Shown: in pieces, positions 55,544-63,821 of the stretch
Numbering within the stretch: the first letter of the stretch is position 1
Layout: every line of letters begins with the position of its first letter
Assembly (NCBI GenBank): GCA_016185345.1
Contig: JACPNS010000002.1
Coordinates: 2,149 to 66,148, forward strand
DNA length: 64,000 nucleotides
Direction: 5' to 3'
DNA from: Solirubrobacterales bacterium
GTDB lineage: Bacteria; Actinomycetota; Thermoleophilia; Solirubrobacterales; JACPNS01
The notes under the pieces: generated by a model
Told to the model about the DNA's origin: nothing
Database searches by the model: none
Seen by the model: only the letters and a program-made list of their open reading frames with translations
Made by a program: the position numbers and the translations under genes

Positions 55544-56329
55544 ATGGCCGAACGAGAGCTCTTTGTCATCTGCAGCAACTGCAGCAGTGAGGTAAGTCCA
55601 TACGTGACCGAGTGTCCGTATTGCGGCACCCGGCTGCGCAAACGCGCGCCGGATCTCAAGAAGCAGAAGAGGGCCGATGAGAAGATCGCGCGCAGGAACG
55701 AGAAGCGCCGCGAGAAGCTTAAAGCTCAGTACGAAGGCGGTTCATCGTCATCGACGGCCTGGCTCGAGCCGGCGTCTGGGCGTCGCCCGGTCGCGACGAT
55801 GACGTTGATCGCGATTGCGGTCATCGCCTCGGTGATCGCCAAGAGCGGTCTTCCAGATATATCGCGCTGGATGTCTGAGCAGCTCGTCTTCACCGGATCG
55901 CTCGCCGAGAATCCGTGGACTCTGGTCACATCGCCGTTTCTCCAGTACTCGGCCGGCTACGGATTTGTCTCTCTCTTGACGGTCGCGGTGTTCGGGATTG
56001 GGCTGGAACGCAGGTATGGGTCCGGCTGGCTCGTTGCGGTCTGGCTCCTTTGCGGGGCCTTGGGTATCGGATTCGAAGCCTTGCTCGCCCCCACCGCGAT
56101 CAGCTTCGGGGCCTACGCAATTGCGGTCGGGTCGCTGCTGGCCTGGACCCTTGTGGTCGTCAAGCGCGAGGATCTGCGGGACTTCGACTCACTGGGACTT
56201 GCGGCCTTTGGGTTCGTTCTCTGCGCACTTCCGCTCGCAACTGACGTCGCGAGGATCTGGACCCTCGTGGGCGGGATCGTCGGTGGGCTGATCTGCGGCG
56301 CCGTGCTGATGCGGCTTCAGCAGCGCTAA
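55544..56329 (+). CDS. zinc-ribbon + rhomboid-like membrane protein lacking the catalytic dyad
   Basis: Start ATG 55544. CSNCSSEVSPYVTECPYCGTRL. Rhomboid-like WTLVTSPFLQ...VFGIGLERRYG, but GASG is replaced by FGAY and AHIGG by TLVGG. Confidence 0.6.
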   Translation: MAERELFVICSNCSSEVSPYVTECPYCGTRLRKRAPDLKKQKRADEKIARRNEKRREKLKAQYEGGSSSSTAWLEPASGRRPVATMTLIAIAVIASVIAKSGLPDISRWMSEQLVFTGSLAENPWTLVTSPFLQYSAGYGFVSLLTVAVFGIGLERRYGSGWLVAVWLLCGALGIGFEALLAPTAISFGAYAIAVGSLLAWTLVVVKREDLRDFDSLGLAAFGFVLCALPLATDVARIWTLVGGIVGGLICGAVLMRLQQR

Positions 56330-56341
56330 CAGCCGGAAAAG

Positions 56342-56848
56342 CTAGAAATCGAACTTGCGCGGCGGCGCTTCGTCGAACCAGAGCTTGTCGTGCTCGGGGG
56401 TTTCTTCGAAGAAGTCGGGCGTGGCTTCGAGCAGGTCGCCTTCGGAGCTGGCCTCGTCGAGCTGAGGTTCGGGCTCTTTTTCTTCTTCGCCGAACTCGAA
56501 TTCGATCGTGCCGGTGATCTCGCCGGGCTTGGGCGCTTCGACGCTTGATGCGACGGCCTCCTCGGTGATTGATTCCGGGGCGGGTTCAGGCTCGGGCTCG
56601 GGTTCTGGCTCTGGCTCTGCAGCCTTTACGGGAGTTGGCGAGGGCGCAGGCGCAGGCTCGGGTGCCGGCGCCGCTGCGTCTTCACCGCGGCGCGGCGGGC
56701 TCAGGGCGTCCTCGAGCTCGTGCTCGACCTCGTCCGGATCGGCGCCATGTTCCTTTTTCAGGGCAAGGTGCGCCGCGATGGCGTCGGCCAGCGATCCGCT
56801 CGCGTCGACACTTTCTGCATTGTCAAATTCATCTGCCATGCGCGCCAT
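56342..56848 (-). CDS. acidic low-complexity protein with (EP)n tract
   Basis: Start ATG 56848 or 56839. AEPEPEPEPEPEPAP. C-terminal DKLWFDEAPPRKFDF. Confidence 0.45.
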   Translation of the reverse strand: MARMADEFDNAESVDASGSLADAIAAHLALKKEHGADPDEVEHELEDALSPPRRGEDAAAPAPEPAPAPSPTPVKAAEPEPEPEPEPEPAPESITEEAVASSVEAPKPGEITGTIEFEFGEEEKEPEPQLDEASSEGDLLEATPDFFEETPEHDKLWFDEAPPRKFDF

Positions 56849-56956
56849 CTTACGGCGACTGCCGGAAGCAGTCGTCAGCGGCCCCCAAATCTTCGCCCCT
56901 ATGAGCCGCGAAATCGTTTGCGCGGCAGCTGGTCGCCGATACCATTCGTCGTTCAC

Positions 56957-57029
56957 GGGGCTATAGCTCAGTTGGTAGAGCGTTCGGTTCGCAATCGAAA
57001 GGCCGCCGGTTCGAATCCGGCTAGCTCCA
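56957..57029 (+). tRNA. tRNA-Ala (CGC)
   Basis: 73-nt cloverleaf. Anticodon loop TTCGCAA gives anticodon CGC. G3-U70 wobble in the acceptor stem (alanine identity element). Confidence 0.85.
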
Positions 57030-57053
57030 TGACGCCAGTCGAGTGCTAATTAC

Positions 57054-58247
57054 TTGATGATGTTCCGCGACGCGGCACAACGGGTCGTGGCGCTGCGATG
57101 GCGAATCTTCGCGTTGGCGATCGGCGGGTTTGGCATCGGTACGGGCGAGTTCGTCCCAATGGGACTGCTGCCAGAGATCGCCGAAGACCTTGGCGTCTCG
57201 ATTCCTGAGGCCGGGCATCTGATCAGCTCGTACGCGCTCGGCGTTGTCGTGGGCGCGCCGCTGATCGCTGCGCTCGTCTCACGGATGCCGCGGCGGCGCG
57301 TACTGATCGGTCTCGGACTGCTGCTCACATTGGGCAACGTGCTGAGCGCGATCGCGCCGGACTACTGGAGCCTGATGGGCGCGCGCTTCCTTGCTGGGAT
57401 GCCCCACGGCGCGTACTTCGGCGTTGCTTCGCTCGTAGGCGCTGCAATCGCCGGCGAGGGCCGTCGCGCCTGGGCGGTCACGCGGATGATGCTCGGGCTC
57501 TCAGTGGCCAACGTGATCGGTGTTCCGTTTGCCGCCTGGCTCGGTCAGCAATACGGCTGGCGCGTTGCCTTCCTCTCGATCGTCGTCGTCGGCGTGATCA
57601 ACGTGATCGCCCTGATCATGCTGCTCGGGCCCGTTCCGGACCAGAAGGATGCGAGCGTGCGCGGTGAGCTCTCTGCGCTGAAGTCGGCGCAGGTGTGGCT
57701 GACGCTTGGTGTTGGTGCGATCGGCTTTGGCGGCGTGTTCGCGCTCTACAGCTACGTCTCGCCGGTCTTCACGCGCGAGGCCGGTCTTGACATTTCCCTG
57801 ATCCCGATCGTGCTCGTGGTCTTCGGCTCGGGGATGGTCGCCGGCAACATCTTCTGGGGAAAGTGGATCGACCGGTCGGTCGTGGGCTCGATGGCGATCC
57901 TGCTCGTGTTGATGGCGGTCTTCCTGACGCTGTTCGCGCTTGCTGCCGGCAATCCGTATCTCGCGATGCCGGCGCTGTTCCTTGTGGGAAGCGCGACGGC
58001 CCTGGCTTCGGCGACGCAGACAAGATTGATGGACGTTGCCGGAAAGGCTCAGACGATGGCCGCTGCGCTGAACCACTCGGCGTTCAACATGGGCAACGCG
58101 CTGGGCGCCTTCCTTGGCGGGCTGGTGATCGCTGCCGGGTGGGGATGGCGAGCGCCGAGTTGGGTCGGCGTGGGCCTGGCGATAGCCGGCCTTGGGATCC
58201 TCGGACTTTCGGTCGCGCTCGAGAAGCGCGAGGCGGCGCGGGCTTAG
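57054..58247 (+). CDS. MFS transporter
   Basis: 397 aa, 12 TM segments, loop motif RMPRRRVLIGL. Confidence 0.8.
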   Translation: MMMFRDAAQRVVALRWRIFALAIGGFGIGTGEFVPMGLLPEIAEDLGVSIPEAGHLISSYALGVVVGAPLIAALVSRMPRRRVLIGLGLLLTLGNVLSAIAPDYWSLMGARFLAGMPHGAYFGVASLVGAAIAGEGRRAWAVTRMMLGLSVANVIGVPFAAWLGQQYGWRVAFLSIVVVGVINVIALIMLLGPVPDQKDASVRGELSALKSAQVWLTLGVGAIGFGGVFALYSYVSPVFTREAGLDISLIPIVLVVFGSGMVAGNIFWGKWIDRSVVGSMAILLVLMAVFLTLFALAAGNPYLAMPALFLVGSATALASATQTRLMDVAGKAQTMAAALNHSAFNMGNALGAFLGGLVIAAGWGWRAPSWVGVGLAIAGLGILGLSVALEKREAARA

Positions 58248-58771
58248 AGCGTTTCGCGATCGCCGTGGCGTAGCTGTTTGGGCCTCGTGAAGCGCGTGAG
58301 GTCAGCGCTGTTCTCGCCGAGTTCGGCCCACTCGCCATCAATCTCAAACTCCGCCAGCGCCGCAGTTGGAAACTTCGCCGCCAGTCGTACAAGCTCATCG
58401 CTCTCGCGTGCGATCTCGACGGACAGGTCATGGATCGAAGGGTTGTGGCCAACAAGGAGCACCGACTCGTATTTCGCGGGCACGCCTTGCAGCACCAGGA
58501 GGAGGTCTCTCGTTGACGCTTGGTAGATCGCGTCCGTGTACTCGACCTGCACGTCGCTCGGCAACGCCTTCGCCACGCCCTTGAGCGTGTCGCGCGCGCG
58601 GCGCGCACCCGAGCAGAAGATGAAGCCAGGGACGATCTCGTGCTCGCCGATCAATTCGGAGATCAGCGCGAGGTCGTCCTCGCCGCGCTCGGTGAGGCCG
58701 CGCTCGTAGTCGAGTTGGCCGGCCAGCATCCAGCTGGACTTGGCATGCCGAAGCAGGTACAGGCGCCTCAT
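58244..58771 (-). CDS. histidine phosphatase family protein (SixA-like)
   Basis: Start ATG 58771. LYLLRHAKSSW (RHG-type motif), LVGHNPS. Confidence 0.65.
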   Translation of the reverse strand: MRRLYLLRHAKSSWMLAGQLDYERGLTERGEDDLALISELIGEHEIVPGFIFCSGARRARDTLKGVAKALPSDVQVEYTDAIYQASTRDLLLVLQGVPAKYESVLLVGHNPSIHDLSVEIARESDELVRLAAKFPTAALAEFEIDGEWAELGENSADLTRFTRPKQLRHGDRETL

Positions 58772-58778
58772 GGAGCGA

Positions 58779-59669
58779 TTATCCCTCGGAGTCGCCCTGC
58801 GTGCCGACGTACTCGTAGATCGCGGCGATGTCCTCTTTGCCGCGGCCGGCTTCGAGCGCAGCGATGAAGTACTCGTTGAAGCTCTCGGCGATCGGAAGAT
58901 CCAAGCCCGCCTCACGCGCGGCGGCGACGATCAGCCGCGAGTCCTTGGTGCCGTGCTCGAGCGGGAAGTTGGCCGGGAACTCGCCGCTGAGCATCATGTG
59001 CCCCTTGATCTGGGCGTACGCCGAGCCGACGGGCGCGCCGTCGATCGCGTCAAGAAATGCCGACGGCTCAAGCTCGAGCGCGGCGCAGAGGCGCATCGCC
59101 TCCGCGACGAGCGCCGTCTGACCAAGGACCCAGTCGTTAGTGACGAGCTTCATGCGCGAACCGTTTCCGGCCTCGCCGAGCCACACGGTCTTGGCACCTA
59201 CGGCGTCGAGCACCGGCGCGGCGAAATCGGCGCCTGCCTTGTCGCCGGAGGCGAGCATCACGAGTTCGCCGGCTTCGGCGGGAGCCTTCGTGCCGGAGAC
59301 AGGCACGTCAACAAATGCGACGTTGGCTTCGGCCGCGAGCCATTCGAGCTGCTCGGTCCCGTCAACGCCGATCGTCGCGCACTGCAACCAAACTGCGCCC
59401 TCGGCCAGCTCGGGGAGGAGCGGCGCCATAACGTTGTGCGTGACTGCCGCATCCGAGAGGACGCTGATCACGACGTCGCGGCCGCGCACTGCTTCCGCGG
59501 CGTCCTCGAACACTTCGGCCCCGTCGTCCGCAAGCGCTCTTGCCTTCTCGGGTGATCGATTCCAGATGGCGGTACTGATCCCCGCCTTGACCGTGTTGCG
59601 CGCCATCGCGGCGCCGATGATTCCGGCGCCAAGGATCGCGACTGATGTTGCTCGCGGTTTTTCGCTCAT
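58779..59669 (-). CDS. NAD(P)-dependent oxidoreductase (3-hydroxyisobutyrate/6-phosphogluconate dehydrogenase-like)
   Basis: VAILGAGIIGAAMARN Rossmann motif, 296 aa. Confidence 0.8.
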   Translation of the reverse strand: MSEKPRATSVAILGAGIIGAAMARNTVKAGISTAIWNRSPEKARALADDGAEVFEDAAEAVRGRDVVISVLSDAAVTHNVMAPLLPELAEGAVWLQCATIGVDGTEQLEWLAAEANVAFVDVPVSGTKAPAEAGELVMLASGDKAGADFAAPVLDAVGAKTVWLGEAGNGSRMKLVTNDWVLGQTALVAEAMRLCAALELEPSAFLDAIDGAPVGSAYAQIKGHMMLSGEFPANFPLEHGTKDSRLIVAAAREAGLDLPIAESFNEYFIAALEAGRGKEDIAAIYEYVGTQGDSEG

Positions 59670-59703
59670 GGCGCCGACGATATCGACGCCATGGCGAAAC
59701 CGG

Positions 59704-60183
59704 TCAGATCGTTTGGACGAGTTCCTCGAGACGGTCGTAGCTCTCGGTGAGTCCGCCTTCCATCCCGGAGTTGACCATGCCGTCGCGATCCTCGGCTGAG
59801 CTGAAAGCCGAGACGGTCGTGACGCGCGTTCCGTCGCCTTCGGGCGCGAGTTTCAACTGCTCAAGCACGACGTGGCCGGGCATTCCCTCGAACTCGAAGG
59901 TCTGGGTGATGCGCTCGTTGAGCAGCAGTTCGTGGATCACGCCACGGAATCCGTACTCGTTCCCATCTTCACCCTTGTGGATGAAGCGCCAACAGCCGCC
60001 GCGGCGCGGCTCGTACTCGTCGATGATCGTCTCGTACTGGCGCGGTCCCCACCATTGAGCGATCAATGCCGGATCGGTGAAGGCCTGGAAAACCTTTTCT
60101 GGTGTGGCTGGCAGGTGACGAGAGGTGATCACCTGGCTCCCACCCGGCTGGGCGATGAAGGTCTGAGTTTCAATTGAGTGCAT
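59704..60183 (-). CDS. SRPBCC/Aha1-domain protein
   Basis: PEKVFQAFTDPALIAQWWGP. Overlaps the upstream ArsR gene, a typical operon pairing. Confidence 0.7.
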   Translation of the reverse strand: MHSIETQTFIAQPGGSQVITSRHLPATPEKVFQAFTDPALIAQWWGPRQYETIIDEYEPRRGGCWRFIHKGEDGNEYGFRGVIHELLLNERITQTFEFEGMPGHVVLEQLKLAPEGDGTRVTTVSAFSSAEDRDGMVNSGMEGGLTESYDRLEELVQTI

Positions 60184-60511
60184 CGTCTTGCTCCTTTTTC
60201 AGGAAGTGCTCGAGCGAGTTCATGTTCTCCACCGCGAACGTTTTGTAGAAATCGAGGAAGTCAGATGCGTCGGTGAAGGCATCGGGCGCGAGCCCGACCA
60301 TCAACTGCTTGCCCTGCCGACGCTTGACCACCAGCTTTGCGCGCTCAAGCACCTTGAGGTGCTTGGACACCGCGGCCAGTGACATCGAGTACGGCTCGGC
60401 GACTTCGCTCACCGACAGTTCTTTGCCCGCAACGCGTCGCACGATGTCACGGCGCACCGGATCTGAGAGCGATCCGAAGACGAGGTCAAGTGTCGGCATT
60501 GATTCAATCAT
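60170..60511 (-). CDS. ArsR/SmtB-family transcriptional regulator
   Basis: LSDPVRRDIVRRVAGKELSVSEVAEPYSMSLAAVSKHLKVLERAKLV. Confidence 0.8.
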   Translation of the reverse strand: MIESMPTLDLVFGSLSDPVRRDIVRRVAGKELSVSEVAEPYSMSLAAVSKHLKVLERAKLVVKRRQGKQLMVGLAPDAFTDASDFLDFYKTFAVENMNSLEHFLKKEQDDALN

Positions 60512-60564
60512 TTGGTTGAATGATAGCGGATCGATCAGCTCATAGCCTGGCTTGCGGTGGCCTT

Positions 60565-60840
60565 CTAAGCCGCCTTCTTCACGTACTGCGCGAGCGCCTC
60601 GCGCGCGACGGCACTCAGGGTGGTGCCTCGTTCGTTGGCGATGAGCTGGAGATCGAGCTGGAGTTGCTCATCTACGCGGACTTGTAACCGTTTCGACGGA
60701 CCGGTTTCAGAGATCGGCGGGCGCCCCGTTCGCACGACCTTCACTTGGAAACCCTCATAGCCCGCTTCCGCCTCGGCGACAAGCTCCTCCAAATACTCCG
60801 GCGTGAGTTCTTCACCTGCAGCTGTCTTCAGATACTTCAT
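60565..60840 (-). CDS. ribbon-helix-helix antitoxin-like protein (BrnA-like position)
   Basis: C-terminal RHH RLQVRVDEQLQLDLQLIANERGTTLSAVAREALAQYV. Start overlaps the upstream gene stop by 4 nt. Confidence 0.5.
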   Translation of the reverse strand: MKYLKTAAGEELTPEYLEELVAEAEAGYEGFQVKVVRTGRPPISETGPSKRLQVRVDEQLQLDLQLIANERGTTLSAVAREALAQYVKKAA

Positions 60841-61112
60841 TCTTCATTCCTCTCGAAGAGCTTCAGAGTCTTCGCTCTAAGCGGCATCGCGTGGATAACA
60901 AGCAGTTCTTCATTCTCCAGCATTACCGCGATGACCTCAATCCATTCTCCTCGGCTGTGCACTCCGATGTAGGCCCACCGCGCAGAGTCCCAATCCGATT
61001 CCGTAGGGGACAAAAGCTGCGCTCGGCGATCCGCGGCCTCGATCACCGCCACTGAGTCGCGTCTCGAAACCCGATGTTTCGTGGCTGAGCGTGCAACACG
61101 AATCCGCATCAC
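60837..61112 (-). CDS. putative toxin (BrnT-like layout)
   Basis: 91 aa. ...RWAYIGVHSRGEWIEVIAVMLENEELLVIHAMPLRAKTLKLFE resembles the BrnT/DUF497 C-terminal pattern. Toxin-first gene order. AT-richer by eye. Confidence 0.4.
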   Translation of the reverse strand: MMRIRVARSATKHRVSRRDSVAVIEAADRRAQLLSPTESDWDSARWAYIGVHSRGEWIEVIAVMLENEELLVIHAMPLRAKTLKLFERNEE

Positions 61113-61126
61113 TCAACCGTACGGAC

Positions 61127-61141
61127 TTTTGTATTACAAAA
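61127..61141. promoter_or_regulatory. perfect palindrome upstream of the toxin gene
   Basis: TTTTGTA-T-TACAAAA, 15 nt upstream of the toxin start and 33 nt upstream of the glycosylase start. Confidence 0.35.
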
Positions 61142-61173
61142 CAATACAGGAATGCACCAACTCGCGCGTTGTA

Positions 61174-61755
61174 ATGTCGCGATTCTTTGACTTCTTGCGA
61201 ATCACTATTCCTGGCGCCGTTCCCGATCGCGGTCGCCATGCTTTGACCATCGCCACCTCCACACACCTGATCCCCGATGTGCTCGAACCCGGGCTTGACG
61301 TCGTGTTCTGCGGGACGGCGCTGAGTGCAGTCTCCTACGAGCGCCGCGCCTACTACGCGAAGCCTGGCAACCGCTTCTGGCCGACGCTTCACGCGGTCGG
61401 CCTGACGCCGCGGCAGCTCACCCCGATCGAGTTCTCGACGGTGGTTGACTACGGGATCGGGCTCACCGACGTCTGCAAGACAGCGTGGGGACAAGACGCA
61501 GATCTGCTGGACACCGACTTTGAGCCGGACGCGCTGCGAGAGAAGATCGAACGATTCGCGCCGAGCTACCTCGCCTTCACGAGCAAGCGCGCCGCGCGCG
61601 AGTTCCTCGGCCGCAATCCCGAGTACGGGATCCAGCCGGAGACGATCGGACCTACGAAGATCTTCGTTCTGCCCTCCACCTCAGGTCTCGCGACTCGCTT
61701 CTGGGACGAATCGTTCTGGCAGGACCTGGCACTACGGTTGCGCGATGGCATCTGA
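61174..61755 (+). CDS. UDG-superfamily glycosylase, Mug/TDG-like, with atypical motif A
   Basis: Start ATG 61174. VVFCGTALS (Mug has GINPG), PGNRFWPTL, GIGLTDVCK, VLPSTSGLA (Mug has LPNPSGLS). Confidence 0.65.
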   Translation: MSRFFDFLRITIPGAVPDRGRHALTIATSTHLIPDVLEPGLDVVFCGTALSAVSYERRAYYAKPGNRFWPTLHAVGLTPRQLTPIEFSTVVDYGIGLTDVCKTAWGQDADLLDTDFEPDALREKIERFAPSYLAFTSKRAAREFLGRNPEYGIQPETIGPTKIFVLPSTSGLATRFWDESFWQDLALRLRDGI

Positions 61756-62179
61756 GTTCGATCCAATCGAGCGGTGGCGCAAGATCGATGCGATCGGGCG
61801 CACTTTGACGACCTCCGAGCCGCTTGCTATCGGCAGCGGGCTTGCCTCGGTCAAGGGCGGCGCGCTTCGGGGCTACGGCCCTTCAGAGATGGCGGTCTAT
61901 TCGCTGGCGCCGCCAACGCTCTACGTCCAGAAGGTCGACCAGGAATCCATGTCAGTAGTCGGTCCCCCGCTCACATTCACGGGTGAAGAGATCTCGAAGG
62001 TCAGCTTCTCTGACTTGAATTTTGCCGCCGAGGCCAAAGTGAAGCTGAGCGACGGGCGACAGCTGAAGCTCGGCGTCGTGAATGGCTCGCTCTATGGAGA
62101 CGACGGTCCGGCCGAGTTGATGGCTCGGATCGACGAGTCGTGCGACGCGATCGTCGGCTGGCTGAGGGACCCGACCTAG
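61745..62179 (+). CDS. hypothetical protein
   Basis: 144 aa from ATG 61745, overlapping the glycosylase stop by 11 nt. No motif recognised. Confidence 0.4.
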   Translation: MASEFDPIERWRKIDAIGRTLTTSEPLAIGSGLASVKGGALRGYGPSEMAVYSLAPPTLYVQKVDQESMSVVGPPLTFTGEEISKVSFSDLNFAAEAKVKLSDGRQLKLGVVNGSLYGDDGPAELMARIDESCDAIVGWLRDPT

Positions 62180-63591
62180 CGCTTGTCGCGAATGATCACG
62201 CTGGCCCCGCGCTTGGGGATCATCGTGACGTTGCGGTGCTGGACGTGCTCGGCTTCTGGACGGTCCGGCTCAATCTCAAGACGAGCTGCCATGCGCTCAA
62301 GCACGACGCGCATCTCGGCCATCGCGAGTGAGGCGCCAAGGCAACGGCGCGTGCCGCCGCCGAAGGGGATCCACTCGTAGGTGCCCGGCTTGTGGCCGAC
62401 CCAGCGCTGGGGCTTGAACTCCCAGGGCTCCGGGTAGAGATCTTCGCGGTGGTGGACAAGCAGAATGCTGATCGAGATCGGGGTGTTGGCCTCGACTCCG
62501 TATTCGCCGAGCTGCCAGGGCGCCATCACGCGGCGGCCGACCACTGGGATCACCGGGCGCGAACGCATCGTTTCCTGGATCACGTATTCGATCTGATCAG
62601 CCTTGTCGGCGCGGTCAGTTCGCACGGCGTCGTAGAGCTCGTTGTAGGCGTCGGGGGTACGCACGAGGCGCTCCCAGGCCCAGGCCAAAGAGTTGGCGGT
62701 CGTCTCGTGGCCGGCGAGCAGCAGCGTGATCAGTTCGTCGCGCAGTTCGCGGTCGGTCATCGCTTCGCCGTCCTCGTCGCGGGCGCGCATCAGCATCGAC
62801 ATGATGTCCTTGCGGTCCTCGAGGTTCGGGTCCTTGCGGCGCTGGGCGATCACTTCGTAGACCGGCTTGTCGAGCTGCGCGAGCGCGTACTTCTGGATGC
62901 CCACCGCCTCTTCGCGGCCGACGTTGATGTACTCGCTCACCTTGGCGATCGGAGTGGTTGAAAGCTCGGTGAGTTTGCGCGTGACGGCCGCGAGGCGGTA
63001 CTCGGAGGTGCCCTTCTCTGGGCGACCCACGACGCCGAAGATGCCAGACATGATCACGTCGAGCGTGACATCCTGCATGCGCGGGGCAAGCTCCATGACT
63101 TCGCCGACCGGCCAGCGGTCGATCGACTGGTCGATCGCGTCCTCGATCATCGATACGTACTGCGCGATCGAGTCTCCGTGGAATGCCGGGAGCAAGAGCT
63201 TGCGTTGGCGCAGGTGGCGCTCGCCGCGGGCCGTGAGCACTGAGTCCTTGCCGACGATCGGGCGCAGCGGCGACTCTGTGGTGAGCGTCGGGGCGACGTC
63301 GGGGGATGCGGTGAAAAGTGACTTGGCGTGGTCCGGGTGACCGGTGATCACCGGATGCCCCGGAATGATTCCATGGAAGCGGAAGACCTCGCCGAACTCC
63401 TTGCGGCCCTTCAGAACGAACTCTGCCTGACGTTGCCCGAAGCGCAGAACCTGGCGCCACTGCGCCATGTCGAACTGCGGCACTTCCTTGAGCCCAGCCA
63501 GTTCGGCTTCAGTGATTTGACCCGCTGGTGACGCCGGGTAGCTGCCAATCAGTGGCTGCTCGGTCTTGGTGATTGTTTCCGGGGGAACCAT
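62176..63591 (-). CDS. cytochrome P450
   Basis: LLLAGHETTANS, ETMRSRP, FGGGTRRCLGASLA. I prefer the ATG 63591 start. Confidence 0.85.
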   Translation of the reverse strand: MVPPETITKTEQPLIGSYPASPAGQITEAELAGLKEVPQFDMAQWRQVLRFGQRQAEFVLKGRKEFGEVFRFHGIIPGHPVITGHPDHAKSLFTASPDVAPTLTTESPLRPIVGKDSVLTARGERHLRQRKLLLPAFHGDSIAQYVSMIEDAIDQSIDRWPVGEVMELAPRMQDVTLDVIMSGIFGVVGRPEKGTSEYRLAAVTRKLTELSTTPIAKVSEYINVGREEAVGIQKYALAQLDKPVYEVIAQRRKDPNLEDRKDIMSMLMRARDEDGEAMTDRELRDELITLLLAGHETTANSLAWAWERLVRTPDAYNELYDAVRTDRADKADQIEYVIQETMRSRPVIPVVGRRVMAPWQLGEYGVEANTPISISILLVHHREDLYPEPWEFKPQRWVGHKPGTYEWIPFGGGTRRCLGASLAMAEMRVVLERMAARLEIEPDRPEAEHVQHRNVTMIPKRGASVIIRDKR

Positions 63592-63632
63592 GACACCAAA
63601 TAGTGTAACGGTTAAATTCAACACCGAGCCAG

Positions 63633-63821
63633 CTACCTGTCGCCGGTTACGGGGTCAATGAAGTCGTTGGAGGTCTCGAGCTGAGCGACCTTGGTGCCAG
63701 ATCTGGCCAGATCGATGACCTGGCGGCGAACTTCGTCTGGGAACTTCCTGGGCATTGCAATCTCCTTGTTGAATACCGCAGGATTCTTGCAACGCGAGTC
63801 TGTTTTGTCCGGGGCAGATCA
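63633..63821 (-). mobile_element. IS3-family fragment: left inverted repeat plus truncated orfA
   Basis: On the - strand, TGATCTGCCCCGGACAAAAC (outer end at 63821) resembles IS3-family terminal repeats. A 40-codon ORF (63755 to 63633), MPRKFPDEVRRQVIDLARSGTKVAQL..., matches the OrfA HTH N-terminus and then diverges and stops. Confidence 0.5.

Noticed and set aside
56957-57029. First reading of this tRNA as tRNA-Cys (GCA)
   Set aside because: A careful cloverleaf parse puts GCA at loop positions 35-37. The anticodon at positions 34-36 is CGC, and the G3-U70 pair fits alanine identity.
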